64,000 bases of DNA from Deltaproteobacteria bacterium (GTDB taxonomy: Bacteria > Desulfobacterota > Desulfarculia > JACQYL01), in assembly GCA_016208165.1 (NCBI GenBank), contig JACQYL010000001.1:8099-72098 (forward strand), in the 5' to 3' direction. Each line of letters begins with the position of its first letter. The first letter of the stretch is position 1. Below, in pieces: positions 1 to 10,448 of this stretch. The notes under the pieces were generated by a model, which did no database searches, was not told where the DNA came from, and saw only the letters and a program-made list of their open reading frames with translations. The position numbers and the translations under genes are program-made.

Positions 1-441
1 TGCCGTACAGTCCTCGGACTTCGGAACTGAGACCGGTGCCCAACAAGGCGTCTACTAGAAGGTATGCGTGGGCCCATTGCGTCTCCGATGCGGGCAGGTC
101 ATCCTCGGAGAGGACTTCATGGATGGGCACACCCAGCTTTCGACAGATATCGAGATTGATCCGGGCGTCGCCTGTTACCCGGTCCATGCTCGAGAGCAGG
201 AAGACCTGAACCCGGGCTTCATCCTCGAAGAAGTAACGGGCCAGCACAAATCCGTCGCCGCCGTTATTGCCGCGGCCGGCCAGCACGCAAATACGTTTCC
301 CTCGAAACGGCCCGAAACAACGATCCGCGATCTGATACGCCGTCCGACCGGCGTTCTCCATCAGAACCGACCCCGGGACGCCTACCTCTTCGATGGTTCG
401 ACGGTCCAAAATCCTCATTTCTTCGGCCGTTACCACGAGCA
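1..441 (-). CDS. nnr: NAD(P)H-hydrate epimerase, YjeF N-terminal domain; 5' part only, gene runs off the window start
   Basis: Manual minus-strand translation from ATG at 441..439 gives MLVVTAEEMRILDRRTIEEVGVPGSVLMENAGRTAYQIADRC...VLAGRGNNGGDGFVLARY, the YjeF_N hallmark (GxGNNGGDG). Absent from the ORF track because there is no stop in the window. The start abuts the acpS stop. Confidence 0.6.
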
Positions 442-443
442 TG

Positions 444-821
444 TCAGTCCTCCAACACCACCATGGCGACCGCATATTCGCCGTCGTCGGAAAGGCTCAC
501 ATGAGACCTGAGCACGTTTTGTTCGGCGGCGATCTGTTCGGCTTTACCTCGAAGCAGCAGCATGGGCTTCCCCCGGCGGTCGTGACCAACCTCGATATCC
601 TTCCACGCCAACCCCTGCCTAAAGCCGGTTCCCAGAGCTTTGGAAAGCGCCTCTTTTGCCGCAAAACGCATGGCAAAAGACGCGGCCGGGCGTTTTCGTC
701 GTGCGCACCGGGCGATTTCGTCGGGCGTGTACACGCGATTCAGGAAACGGTGGTTCCACCGGTCGAGCATTCTTTCGATCCTGGATATCTTTACGAGATC
801 CACTCCAATGCCAAGAATCAC
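444..821 (-). CDS. acpS: holo-[acyl-carrier-protein] synthase (4'-phosphopantetheinyl transferase)
   Basis: 125-aa ORF starting MILGIGVDLVKISRIERMLDRWNHRFLNRVYTPDEIARC..., the typical AcpS N-terminus. Sits in the conserved pdxJ-acpS arrangement. Confidence 0.9.
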   Translation of the reverse strand: MILGIGVDLVKISRIERMLDRWNHRFLNRVYTPDEIARCARRKRPAASFAMRFAAKEALSKALGTGFRQGLAWKDIEVGHDRRGKPMLLLRGKAEQIAAEQNVLRSHVSLSDDGEYAVAMVVLED

Positions 822-827
822 CCTGGA

Positions 828-1544
828 CTACCCCCGAATAAGCGCGATCATGTCCCGCACCGCTCGTTCGATACCCACCATCACGGCTCGGGCGATAATG
901 GAGTGGCCGATGCTGAACTCCTCGATTTCAGGAATTCCGTCGAACCGTTTTACATTCTGATACGTCAGACCGTGGCCGACAGCCACTCGAAGTCCCAAGT
1001 CCGCCGCGTTTCGCGCCGCGTTCAGCACTTCTTCGAAACGTTCCGAAGCCTCATCCTCGGAAGCGGCGTCCGCATACCGGCCCGTGTGAATCTCGACGAT
1101 GTCTCCACCGGCCTCCTTTGCCGCAGCAATCTGATGGAACGCGGCGTCTACGAACAGGCTTACGGCCGGCCCCCCTTTCTTGAGCTGCGCCACCGCGCGG
1201 GACAACGAATCGAAATTACCGGCAATATCGAGTCCGCCCTCCGTAGTCAGTTCTTCCCTCTTTTCCGGAACCAGCGTGACCATATCGGGACCTACCTCTC
1301 GGGCGATTCGAATCATTTCTTCCGTGGCCGCCATTTCGAGATTCAGTTTTGACGTGACGACCTTTCTCAACAGGGATACATCGCGATCCTGGATGTGCCT
1401 GCGGTCTTCCCTGAGATGACAGGTGATGCCGTCCGCTCCGCCCAATTCCGCCAGCACGGCCGCGGTCACCGGCTCGGGTTCGAAGGTTCTTCTTGCTTGC
1501 CGTATAGTGGCGATGTGATCGATATTCACAGAGAGTTTCGGCAT
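828..1544 (-). CDS. pdxJ: pyridoxine 5'-phosphate synthase
   Basis: ORF 828..1643; the PdxJ-like sequence begins at internal Met ([19 protein letters not shown]...GHGLTY...). An approx 239-aa product fits the family; the upstream 33 codons are probably not translated. Confidence 0.88.
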   Translation of the reverse strand: MPKLSVNIDHIATIRQARRTFEPEPVTAAVLAELGGADGITCHLREDRRHIQDRDVSLLRKVVTSKLNLEMAATEEMIRIAREVGPDMVTLVPEKREELTTEGGLDIAGNFDSLSRAVAQLKKGGPAVSLFVDAAFHQIAAAKEAGGDIVEIHTGRYADAASEDEASERFEEVLNAARNAADLGLRVAVGHGLTYQNVKRFDGIPEIEEFSIGHSIIARAVMVGIERAVRDMIALIRG

Positions 1545-1876
1545 GGCTTCTCCTTGAAGGGACAACGGTTTTCCGAAAAGCAAAATGGGCGCGCGAGGTC
1601 TTTGCCGGCTGCGTCGAAGGTTCTTTCTTATCGCAAAACGCATTCAATTGAAACTGAAAAACCGTGGAAACGCGAGGCCGCGGCAGGCCTGGAACGGTTT
1701 ACGCGGTTGGGAGGCCGGGAAGAAAGCAGCGAAACGTTGCTCCGCCGGCGCCGGACGCTTATAATCGTCGGGAGGGAAGCGTTTCGATTCGCCGGGCCGT
1801 ACATGTTGCGTTAGGCTCCCTTTGCCCGCTGATTCAACCTACTGTTGGTCTTATATCGAAAGACAGGAGCAGCCAC

Positions 1877-2467
1877 ATGCGTCAACTGATCAAATTCGGA
1901 AAAAAGATCGTCGAACAGGGACTCACCGGAGCTTTTTTTGGAAATGTAAGCGGCCGTGAAGGCGATCGCATATGGATCAGCACCAGCGGGAGTATGCTGG
2001 ATGAGCTGGAACATGAACTGGTTCAGGTGCATGTGAGGGATCCCGGGCCCGAGGACTCGAGGGCCTCTTCGGATCTGGTGCTGCACCGAGCCGTCTATGC
2101 ACGGACGAAGGCTCGCTATGTGTTTCACGGGCATCCTACCTACTCGGTGGTTCTATCGCTCATTAACAAGGCGGGAGATCGGCTCGAGCCGGACGACATG
2201 GAGAGCCGGCACGTACTGAAGGGGATTCCCATCCTCGACGGCAATGTGTCGAGAGAGGAATTGGCTCCCGTATTGGCGGAAACCTTGGCGGACGCGCCTG
2301 CGGCTATTGTGCGGGGGCACGGCGTTTTTTCGGCGGGAGCGGATCCGGTGGGAGCCTTTGCGTGCCTGTGCGCGGTCGAGCATGCGTGCCGGGTTCTATA
2401 TCTGGTAAGCATGAAGAGGCGTTTGGATTCGAAGGTTAAGCGGTCATCTACCCGGTCTTCCTTATAG
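1877..2467 (+). CDS. class II aldolase/adducin-family protein (fuculose-phosphate aldolase-like)
   Basis: The internal-Met start MRQLIKFGKKIVEQGLTGAFFGNVS...FHGHPTYSV...VRGHGVFSAG matches the class II aldolase fold motifs. The Arg/Gly-rich 5' extension of the ORF is probably non-coding. Confidence 0.7.
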   Translation: MRQLIKFGKKIVEQGLTGAFFGNVSGREGDRIWISTSGSMLDELEHELVQVHVRDPGPEDSRASSDLVLHRAVYARTKARYVFHGHPTYSVVLSLINKAGDRLEPDDMESRHVLKGIPILDGNVSREELAPVLAETLADAPAAIVRGHGVFSAGADPVGAFACLCAVEHACRVLYLVSMKRRLDSKVKRSSTRSSL

Positions 2468-3279
2468 ACTTCCATTTGACAGATAAGAGTCGAAATGTTA
2501 AACAAATAGCCGGTCTTGGCGAAAGTATTCCGGGACATCAACTTACGATCGGGCGATTCGTTGCAGTCCTTCCACCTCTCGGGTCGATCGTGGCGAATCT
2601 GATAGTCCTGATGACCTTGAGCATATCTTCTTACTGCACATCGGCGTGCGCCGACGGTGCTTACGAAATGCCGGCATGCGCATACGTGCGGCCCCCGATT
2701 TCCCTTCGCCGATTCCGGAAATTCTCTGAGCGGATACGCCGGGTGCTTGTCGTAGAGTATTCACGATACATCGCCCGGCAAATGCTGCGGGAGCGCGAAC
2801 ACGTGGACGTGCGCCTAAATGGATCTTACGATGCTTTCATGATATCGCCGGCAAGGTCCTCGCCGAGTCTGTAAGAATCGCCTTGCCCCGTGAATTCATG
2901 GTTTTGATCGGAACCTGGTGCCTGTGCTTCAATACCCAGGCGAAGTGACATTCGCACCGGCACGCAGCATGACAAAATTTCCGACAGCGTTCCCCAGCTC
3001 AAGCCTTCCCTGCTTCTGGAAAGTGGAAAGTCAATTGTTACACAAACATCAACAGGCCAACGGGATCGTTTCGCCGGTGATATTGGGGCTCCAGCCTCAT
3101 GCCTGATTACGGGAAATGTCGGGGGTTCGGCTCCTTGATTCAGCTTTGACGCACTTGAGAGCCCGGCGTTCCAACGTCGTGGCGGATGTTAACCAGTGGC
3201 GGGTCGGCATGCGGTTTTGAGTGGAATCCTCGGATGACGCCACGAACACCCAGTCCTCATCCCAGAGGGTGTAGAAGAG

Positions 3280-6039
3280 GTGAAACGAATGAAAGAAGAA
3301 AGGCAAGACAACGCAAAGGGAATAAGCCGGGACAAGGACAAATCGGACGATGGGCGGACGGCGTTTTTGGCCTCCATTGTCGAGTGCTCCGACGACGCTA
3401 TCATGGGCAAGACGATCGACGGGGTCATTACCAGTTGGAACCCTGCCGCCGAATTGATGTACGGTTATTCGGCCAAGGAAATCATCGGCAAGCCTATCTC
3501 CCTCCTCTTTTCTCCCGACCATCCTAGGGAGATGGACGAGATCCTCGCCAAAATCCGCAAGGGACGGCGTGTCGAGCACTACGAAACCCTTCGCAGGCGC
3601 AAAGACGGCTCCCTTATCCACGTTTCCCGAAACCTCGTGAGAGCTTCCTCCATTGCTCGCGACATCTCGGAACGTAAACGAATCGACGAGCAGTTACAGG
3701 CGACGTCCAAATACGCCAGGAGTCTGATCGAGGCTAGTCTCGATCCTCTGGTCACCATCAGCGCCGAGGGGAAAATTACCGATGTCAATGAAGCGACCGT
3801 GAAAGTGACGGGAGTCCCCCGGGACAAGCTCATTGGGACGGACTTCTCGGACTATTTTACCGAGCCGACGAACGCACGGGAGGGATATCGCCAGGTCTTT
3901 TCGCAAGGATTTGTCACGGACTATCCCCTTACCATCAGGCATCGGGATGGGCGACTCACGAACGTGCTTTACAACGCATCGGTGTACAACGACATGCAAG
4001 GCAACGTCCTTGGCGTGTTTGCCGCGGCGCGCGATGTCACGGCTCAGCGGCAGGCGGCGCAGTATGCCAGAAGCCTGATCGAGGCGAGCCTCGACCCGCT
4101 GGTCACCATCAGCCCGGAAGGAAAAATTACGGACGTCAATGAGGCCACCGTGAAGGTGACCGGCATCCTCCGGGACAGGCTGGTAGGAACGGACTTTTCG
4201 GACTATTTCACCGAGCCCGATAAGGCGCGGGAGGGATATCAGCAGGTCTTCCAGGAGGGCTTTGTCACGGACTACCCCCTGACCATCCGGCACAGGGATG
4301 GAAAACTGGTGGACGTTCTGTACAACGCCTCGGTCTACAAGGACGTCACCGGCAGTGTCCTCGGCGTCTTTGCAGCAGCCCGCGATGTCACGGCCGAGCG
4401 TCAGGCGGCCCAGTACGCCAGGAGCCTCATTGAGGCGAGCCTCGACCCCCTGGTCACCATCAGCCCGGAAGGAAAAATCACGGACGTCAACGAAGCGACC
4501 ATAAAGGTGACGGGTCTTCCCCGCGACGGGCTCATCGGCACGGACTTCTCGAACTATTTTACGGAACCCGAGAAGGCCAGGGAAGGGTACCTGCAGGTTT
4601 TCGAAAAGGGCTTTGTCACGGACTATGCCCTAACCATCCGGCACAGAGACGGGAAATTGGTGGACGTCCTATACAACGCCTCGGTCTACAAGGATATACG
4701 GGGCAACGTTCTCGGTGTCTTTGCCGCCGCCAGGGACGTGACGGACACCAAACGGGTCATGCGCGAGTTCTCGGAAACAAAGAACTTCCTGGATAACATC
4801 CTCGAGAGTTCGACCAAATACTCGATCATCGGAAAAGATCTGAACCACCGTATCCTCTCATGGAACGAGGGGGCCCGGCGCAACTACGGCTACACGGCGG
4901 AGCAGATCATAGGCAGAGACTCGAGCATCCTACACACGCCCGAGGACCTCGAGTCGGGCATCGTGGACAAGATGCTGGATATGGCCTATGAAAAAGGACT
5001 GGCCGAGGCCGAGTTTCAGCGGGTTCGCAAAGACGGCTCCCGTTTCATGGCGAGCGTGGTTGTTACACGCCGAAACGACCCTTCAGGTAATCCCCTCGGC
5101 TTTCTGCTCATGAGTAACGACATCTCGGAAAAGAAGGAGGCTGAGGAACAACTCCGCGAGGCTTCGCAGTATGCCAGGAGCCTGATCGAGGCCAGTCTCG
5201 ACCCCCTGGTCACCATCAGCCCCGAAGGAAAGATTACGGACGTCAATGAAGCGACCATCAAAGCTACCGGCTTTTCCAGGGACAAGCTTATCGGAACGGA
5301 CTTCTCGGACTACTTCACCGAGCCTGAGACTGCACGCAAGGGATATGAGCAGGTATTTCAAAAAGGCTTTGTCACCGACTACGCGCTGACTATCCGCCAC
5401 AATAACGGTCAGCTCACCGATGTTCTTTATAACGCCAGCGTGTATAAAGACACCCGCGAGAACGTGATTGGGGTTTTTGCCGCGGCGCGCGACGTCACGG
5501 CCCAACAGCAGACTTCACAATATGCCCGAAGTCTGATCGAATCATCCCTCGACCCGCTGGTGACGATCAGCATCGACGGCAAAATCACGGACGTCAACGA
5601 GGCTACGATTCGGGTCACGGGCGTCGGTCGCGACCAGTTGATCGGCACCGACTTTTCCAACTATTTCACGGAACCCGAAAAAGCTCGCGAAGGCTATCAA
5701 CAGGTATTTGCCAAGGGCTTTGTTACCCACTACGCGCTGACCATTCGCCACAACAACGGCCAACTCACCGATGTTCTTTACAACGCCAGCGTGTACAAAG
5801 ACACCCGAGAAAACGTGATAGGCGTCTTTGCCGCCGCGCGCGACGTAACGGCGCGTAAACGCGTCGAGGAGGAATTGTTCGAACAGCGTCGGAGAGAGCT
5901 GGACCGGCTGGCGGAGCTTGAAAAATTCCAGAAACTGACGGTGGGGCGCGAACTCAAGATGGTTGAACTGAAGAAGGAAATCGAGGATCTAAGAAAAATC
6001 AATGAAGAATATGAGCGCAAATTAAGCCAGAGGGTGTGA
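3280..6039 (+). CDS. multi-PAS domain signalling protein (seven PAS units, five of them near-identical tandem copies) with C-terminal coiled coil
   Basis: A 919-aa ORF. The block YARSLIEASLDPLVTIS.EGKITDVNEAT.KVTG...GTDFS.YFTEP..AREGY.QVF..GFVTDY.LTIRH..G.L.DVLYNASVY.D..GNV.GVFAAARDVT recurs five times with a 357-360 bp period, plus one divergent PAS unit (NFLDNILESS...). The C-terminus LTVGRELKMVELKKEIEDL is coiled coil. No kinase domain. Confidence 0.85.
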   Translation: MKRMKEERQDNAKGISRDKDKSDDGRTAFLASIVECSDDAIMGKTIDGVITSWNPAAELMYGYSAKEIIGKPISLLFSPDHPREMDEILAKIRKGRRVEHYETLRRRKDGSLIHVSRNLVRASSIARDISERKRIDEQLQATSKYARSLIEASLDPLVTISAEGKITDVNEATVKVTGVPRDKLIGTDFSDYFTEPTNAREGYRQVFSQGFVTDYPLTIRHRDGRLTNVLYNASVYNDMQGNVLGVFAAARDVTAQRQAAQYARSLIEASLDPLVTISPEGKITDVNEATVKVTGILRDRLVGTDFSDYFTEPDKAREGYQQVFQEGFVTDYPLTIRHRDGKLVDVLYNASVYKDVTGSVLGVFAAARDVTAERQAAQYARSLIEASLDPLVTISPEGKITDVNEATIKVTGLPRDGLIGTDFSNYFTEPEKAREGYLQVFEKGFVTDYALTIRHRDGKLVDVLYNASVYKDIRGNVLGVFAAARDVTDTKRVMREFSETKNFLDNILESSTKYSIIGKDLNHRILSWNEGARRNYGYTAEQIIGRDSSILHTPEDLESGIVDKMLDMAYEKGLAEAEFQRVRKDGSRFMASVVVTRRNDPSGNPLGFLLMSNDISEKKEAEEQLREASQYARSLIEASLDPLVTISPEGKITDVNEATIKATGFSRDKLIGTDFSDYFTEPETARKGYEQVFQKGFVTDYALTIRHNNGQLTDVLYNASVYKDTRENVIGVFAAARDVTAQQQTSQYARSLIESSLDPLVTISIDGKITDVNEATIRVTGVGRDQLIGTDFSNYFTEPEKAREGYQQVFAKGFVTHYALTIRHNNGQLTDVLYNASVYKDTRENVIGVFAAARDVTARKRVEEELFEQRRRELDRLAELEKFQKLTVGRELKMVELKKEIEDLRKINEEYERKLSQRV

Positions 6040-7775
6040 GAATGCTTTCCCGCAACGCCGGGCCGAAGGCCCAACCCGTGGAACTGATCCTGGATGCCAC
6101 GGATCAGGGGATCTACGTGCTGGATGCCGAAGGACGGTGCACACTGTTCAATCGGGCCGCTTCCGTCATGACCGGCTGGGGGTCCGAGGAGGGGTTGGGT
6201 CGAAGCATTCATGAGCTTATCCACCACACCCGGCCGGGTGGATCTCCTCATCCCCCTTCCGAGTGCTCGGTCCTCGGCGTGCTGCGCACGGGCGAAGGCG
6301 TTCACAAGGACAGCGAAATCTATTGGCGTAAGAACGGCACCCCGTTTCCCGTGGAGTATTCCTCATCACCGATTATCGAGGACGGCAGGACCATCGGTGC
6401 GGTGGTTGTCTTTATCGATATCACGGAACGCAAGAAGGTTGAAAAGGCCCTGAGCGATCGGGAAGAAGAACTGCGGCTCATCTCGGATGCCGGGCCGACG
6501 CTGATTTCCTATGTCGATTCCGGCGGCCTGTACCACTGGGTCAACAAGACGTACGCCGAATGGGTGGGCCTCTCGGCCAGGGAAATACGGGGACTGCACG
6601 TCCGTGAAGTGCTGGGCGAGACGGCCTGGCTGGCCGTTGAGCCATTCGCCGAGCGTGTTCTGGCCGGTGAAGCGGTCACCTACGAGCACCAGTTGCTGAT
6701 GCGGGATGGACCCCGCTGGGTGCGTGGAACCTGTACTCCCGACCTGAATGAAGCCGGTCAGGTGCGGGGATTTGTCGAACACGCGTTGGATATCGGGGAG
6801 CGCAAGGAAGCCGAAGAGACTTACCGTGCGACCTTGAACATCCTCGAAGATTTCGACGAAGAGAAGGCCAACCTGCAAAACCTCCAGCTGGCCACGATGA
6901 ACCTGCTGGAAGACCTCGATGAAGAGCGTCTTAATTTTCAACAGATCCAAAAGGCGACCTTGAATCTTCTGGAGGATATGAATGCCGAGCGGGAGAAATC
7001 GGATCAGACGCAGCGCGCCCTTATGAACATCCTGGATGATGTGGAAGTGGAACGCGTCAAAGCTGAACAGGCCAGGGCGCTCTTGGAATCCGTCAACAAG
7101 GAGCTGGAAGCTTTTTCCTACTCGGTTTCCCACGACTTGCGGTCGCCTTTGCGCGCCATCAGCGGATTCACCCAAGCATTGATGGAAGATTGGGCGCCGC
7201 TGCTGGACGATGATGGCAAGCGCTATCTCGCTCTCGTGCAGGAAAACGCCCATAGGATGGGTCAGCTCATCGACGACCTGTTGACGTTTTCGCGGCTCGG
7301 GCGGCAGACCATGACCGTGACCGAAATCGACATGGCCGACCTGGCGCAATCCGTGTATGATGAACTTGAAACCCGGACCTCGGGGCGCAACATCGCTTTC
7401 ACGATGGGTGCGATTCCGCCGGCCCAAGGAGACAAGGCGCTGATACGTCAAGTCCTGGTGAATCTGATTTCCAACGCCGTAAAGTTTACCCAAACCAGGG
7501 AACGGGCCCTGATCGAGTTCGGCTATGAAACCCAAGGGGGGGACGGTGCTTACTTCATTCGGGACAACGGAGTAGGCTTTGATATGCGGTACGTCGACAA
7601 GCTCTTCGGGGTGTTTCAGCGGCTGCACTCGGTGACGGAGTTCGAGGGCACCGGCGTGGGACTCGCGCTGGTGTACCGTATCGTCACCCGTCACGGCGGT
7701 TCGGTTTGGGCGGAGGGCCGTCTGGATCGAGGAGCCGCCTTTTACTTCAGCTTGCCGCAGAAAGGCACAAGATGA
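6036..7775 (+). CDS. PAS-domain sensor histidine kinase (HisKA + HATPase_c)
   Basis: A GTG/ATG start overlaps the stop of the upstream gene. Two PAS-like segments, then four 21-aa repeats (LN.LED.DEE...), an H-box FSYSVSHDLRSPLRAISGF and an ATPase G-box GTGVGLALVYRIVTRHGGSVWAEG. Confidence 0.9.
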   Translation: MRMLSRNAGPKAQPVELILDATDQGIYVLDAEGRCTLFNRAASVMTGWGSEEGLGRSIHELIHHTRPGGSPHPPSECSVLGVLRTGEGVHKDSEIYWRKNGTPFPVEYSSSPIIEDGRTIGAVVVFIDITERKKVEKALSDREEELRLISDAGPTLISYVDSGGLYHWVNKTYAEWVGLSAREIRGLHVREVLGETAWLAVEPFAERVLAGEAVTYEHQLLMRDGPRWVRGTCTPDLNEAGQVRGFVEHALDIGERKEAEETYRATLNILEDFDEEKANLQNLQLATMNLLEDLDEERLNFQQIQKATLNLLEDMNAEREKSDQTQRALMNILDDVEVERVKAEQARALLESVNKELEAFSYSVSHDLRSPLRAISGFTQALMEDWAPLLDDDGKRYLALVQENAHRMGQLIDDLLTFSRLGRQTMTVTEIDMADLAQSVYDELETRTSGRNIAFTMGAIPPAQGDKALIRQVLVNLISNAVKFTQTRERALIEFGYETQGGDGAYFIRDNGVGFDMRYVDKLFGVFQRLHSVTEFEGTGVGLALVYRIVTRHGGSVWAEGRLDRGAAFYFSLPQKGTR

Positions 7776-8212
7776 TCGATTGTGAAACGGAGATCGTTCT
7801 CGTGGAGGACAATCCGAACGATGCGGAACTCATTACGAGGGTGCTCAAGAAACACGATCTAGGCGACAATTTGGTCATCCTAAGGGACGGCGCGGAAGCC
7901 CTGTCGTTTCTTTTCGGGGAGGACGGCTGCGTCAAAGGATCCCTTGGCCCCCTCAGGTTGATTCTACTGGACTTGAAACTTCCGAAAGTCGATGGAACCG
8001 AGGTGCTGCGTCGAATCAAAACCGATGAGCGCACCAAGAGTATACCGGTCGTCATCCTGACTTCTTCATCGGAGCAGCGCGATCTCCATGATACTTACAA
8101 CTTGGGCGCCAACAGCTATGTGACAAAGCCGATCAAATTCACCGACTTCGCCCAAGTGGTGTCGGACGTGGGATCGTACTGGTTGCGTCGGAACAAATTA
8201 CCCGACCTGTAG
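7772..8212 (+). CDS. single-domain response regulator (CheY-like receiver)
   Basis: Internal Met MIDCETEIVLVEDNPNDAELI...LLDLKLP..DG...KPIKF overlaps the kinase stop (ATGA). Receiver-domain Asp pocket and conserved Lys are present. Confidence 0.8.
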   Translation: MIDCETEIVLVEDNPNDAELITRVLKKHDLGDNLVILRDGAEALSFLFGEDGCVKGSLGPLRLILLDLKLPKVDGTEVLRRIKTDERTKSIPVVILTSSSEQRDLHDTYNLGANSYVTKPIKFTDFAQVVSDVGSYWLRRNKLPDL

Positions 8213-8224
8213 CGGGGGATCCCA

Positions 8225-9904
8225 ATGAACGAGAAGCTCCGAATACTACTTCTCGAAGACAATTTCTCGGATGCAGAGCTGATTCAGCGCGAACTGCGCA
8301 AGTTCGGTTTCGATTTCGAGGTGCGCTGGGCCGAGAACAAGGCCGCTTTTCTTGACGCGTTGGATACGTTTGTGCCCGATATACTTTTAGCGGACTATGC
8401 TCTCCCAGGATTCGACGGCATGGCCGCCCTATCCCTGGCGCGGCGTCGCTTCGAGGATATACCGTTGATACTCGTGTCCGGAGCGATCGGCGAGGAAACG
8501 GCCATTGAGTGCCTCAAGGCCGGAGCGACCGACTATGTCTTAAAGCAGCGGTTGAAGCGGCTCGGGACAGTCATCCGGCGAGCACTTTTGGAATCCGAGC
8601 AATTGACCGAGAGAAAGCGGGCCGAGGAAGCCCTGCGGCAGGCCAAGGACGAGCTGGAACACAAGGTCCGGGAGCGAACGGCCGAGCTGGTTCGCACCGT
8701 CGACACGCTCCAGGAGGAAATCGCTCAGCGCCGTCGGGCCGAGGACGACGTGCGGCTGGCTAACGCACAACTGCAGGAGCGCGCGGTTCAATTGCGGGCT
8801 CTGGCCCGTCAACTGACCGTTGTCGAGAGCCGCGAGCGCAACCGAATAGCCAAGATCCTGCACGATCATCTGCAGCAACAGTTGGCATCCGCCAAGCTTC
8901 AGGTCACCTGGCTGGATCAGCTGACGGGTGACGATCTCGCCCTGGCTGCGGCGCGCATAGAAGATATTCTATCCGAGGCGATCAAGGTCTCACGCTCGCT
9001 CACCGCGGAACTGAGCCCTCCCATTTTGCACGAGGCGGGACTGGAGGCCGGGCTCGAATGGCTGGTCCGCCGGATGCTGGACGAGTACGCCCTTCGGGTC
9101 GATCTGACCGTCGACGACAGATCCGAGCTCGATGAGGACGTGAGAATCATGCTCTTCGAGTCGGTGCGCGAATTGCTCTTCAACGTGGTCAAGCATGCCA
9201 AGGTATCGTGGGCCGAGGTGCGGGTACAACCTGTGGATGAGACCGGCATGCTCATCACGGTCAGAGATGAAGGCGTCGGATTTGATCCCCTCCAATTAAA
9301 GCCGTCTGGAGATAATTATCCCGGATTTGGGTTGTTCACGATCCAAGAGCGGATCGACCTGATCGGCGGCCACTTGAAGATCTCGAGCGCCCTGGAAAAG
9401 GGTAGCTGTTTTTCGTTACTCGTGCCATACGCGCATCAGGCCGCCGCGCCGCTTTCCGGCGCGTCCTACCCCGAACCGGCGCAAACGTGCGCCGAAACGG
9501 TGCTCGAGGATGAGGCGCCGCTAATCCGTGTCTTGATTGCCGACGATCACGCCATTTTTCGCGACGGTATCGCCCGCCTGTTGAACCGTGAAAGGGATAT
9601 CCAGGTGGTCGCCGAGGCCGGCAGCGGGAGGGAAGCCGTTGAGTTGGCGCGTAAGACGGCGCCGGACCTGATCCTCATGGACATCTCGATGCCCGAGGTC
9701 AACGGCATCGAGGCCACCCGGATCATTTGCAGGGAGTCACCGGATATTCGGATCATCGGTTTTTCCATGTACGAAGACGAAGAGCGGTCTCTTGCGATTC
9801 TAAAGGCCGGCGCCGTTGGGCACAAGACCAAGGGCTGCGCGGCATCCGATCTGCTGGAAGCGATCCGCCGGTGCATGCGCGCGAAATCGGTTGGAGGACC
9901 GTAA
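8225..9904 (+). CDS. hybrid sensor kinase: REC - HisKA_3 - HATPase_c - REC
   Basis: N-terminal receiver (LLLEDNFSDAELI...LADYALPGFDG). NarX/LiaS-type H-box (ERNRIAKILHDHLQQQLASAKL), an ATPase domain, then a C-terminal NarL-like receiver (RVLIADDHAIFRDGIARLL...LILMDISMPEVNG) with no HTH. Confidence 0.85.
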   Translation: MNEKLRILLLEDNFSDAELIQRELRKFGFDFEVRWAENKAAFLDALDTFVPDILLADYALPGFDGMAALSLARRRFEDIPLILVSGAIGEETAIECLKAGATDYVLKQRLKRLGTVIRRALLESEQLTERKRAEEALRQAKDELEHKVRERTAELVRTVDTLQEEIAQRRRAEDDVRLANAQLQERAVQLRALARQLTVVESRERNRIAKILHDHLQQQLASAKLQVTWLDQLTGDDLALAAARIEDILSEAIKVSRSLTAELSPPILHEAGLEAGLEWLVRRMLDEYALRVDLTVDDRSELDEDVRIMLFESVRELLFNVVKHAKVSWAEVRVQPVDETGMLITVRDEGVGFDPLQLKPSGDNYPGFGLFTIQERIDLIGGHLKISSALEKGSCFSLLVPYAHQAAAPLSGASYPEPAQTCAETVLEDEAPLIRVLIADDHAIFRDGIARLLNRERDIQVVAEAGSGREAVELARKTAPDLILMDISMPEVNGIEATRIICRESPDIRIIGFSMYEDEERSLAILKAGAVGHKTKGCAASDLLEAIRRCMRAKSVGGP

Positions 9905-9981
9905 AACGCGATCCCTTGAACCGCCATCCGATCCTATATTCCATCCTTGACTTTATCCGGGATTCTGGTTTATTGCGACGC

Positions 9982-10446
9982 ATGATCAGTGATCTGGAAA
10001 AGACCGTTCTATCGGAAATACAGGGCGACTTACCCGTCGAGCCCAGACCGTTTCTGACCATTGCCCGCAAATTGAACCTTACCGAAGAACAGGTGTTGGC
10101 GTGCATCCGTGAGCTGACGGAAAAGGGAGTGATCCGTCGGTTTGGAGTGACCATTCGGCATCAGGTTTCGGGATTCGAAGCCAACGCCATGGCCGCATTC
10201 AAAGTGGAAGACGAGAGAACGGATGAAGTGGGCGCCCTCATCAGCGAGTATCCCCAGGTTACGCACTGTTACCGGCGTACGCCCATGGGTGGGTGGCCAT
10301 ACAATCTGTTCGCCATGATTCACGGCGGCTCTCGGGAAGAATGCGAGCGTGTTGCCGGTGAAATAGCAAAGCGAGCAGGTATTCATCAATATCGGCTGTT
10401 GTACAGCGATGAAGAGCACAAGAAGACCAGCATGAGGTATTTTTAG
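9982..10446 (+). CDS. ahbA: siroheme decarboxylase subunit AhbA/AhbB (NirD/L/G/H family, Lrp/AsnC-like)
   Basis: Internal Met at 9982. The 154-aa product ends ...WPYNLFAMIHGGSREECE...YRLLYSDEEHKKTSMRYF, the characteristic C-terminal signature of the NirDLGH/Ahb family. Lies immediately upstream of hemL. Confidence 0.72.
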   Translation: MISDLEKTVLSEIQGDLPVEPRPFLTIARKLNLTEEQVLACIRELTEKGVIRRFGVTIRHQVSGFEANAMAAFKVEDERTDEVGALISEYPQVTHCYRRTPMGGWPYNLFAMIHGGSREECERVAGEIAKRAGIHQYRLLYSDEEHKKTSMRYF

Positions 10447-10448
10447 CC

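Noticed and set aside
68-1352. plus-strand ORFs 68..511 and 393..1352
   Set aside because: They overlap nnr, acpS and pdxJ on the opposite strand. The minus-strand products have clear family signatures; the plus-strand ones have none.
2476-2874. 132-aa ORF in the aldolase / PAS-gene intergenic region
   Set aside because: No motif, no convincing RBS, and competing ORFs on the other strand. Left unannotated rather than called hypothetical.
6366-7694. 442-aa ORF on minus strand
   Set aside because: Entirely antisense to the well-supported sensor kinase gene. Long open frames are expected in high-GC DNA and it has no motif.
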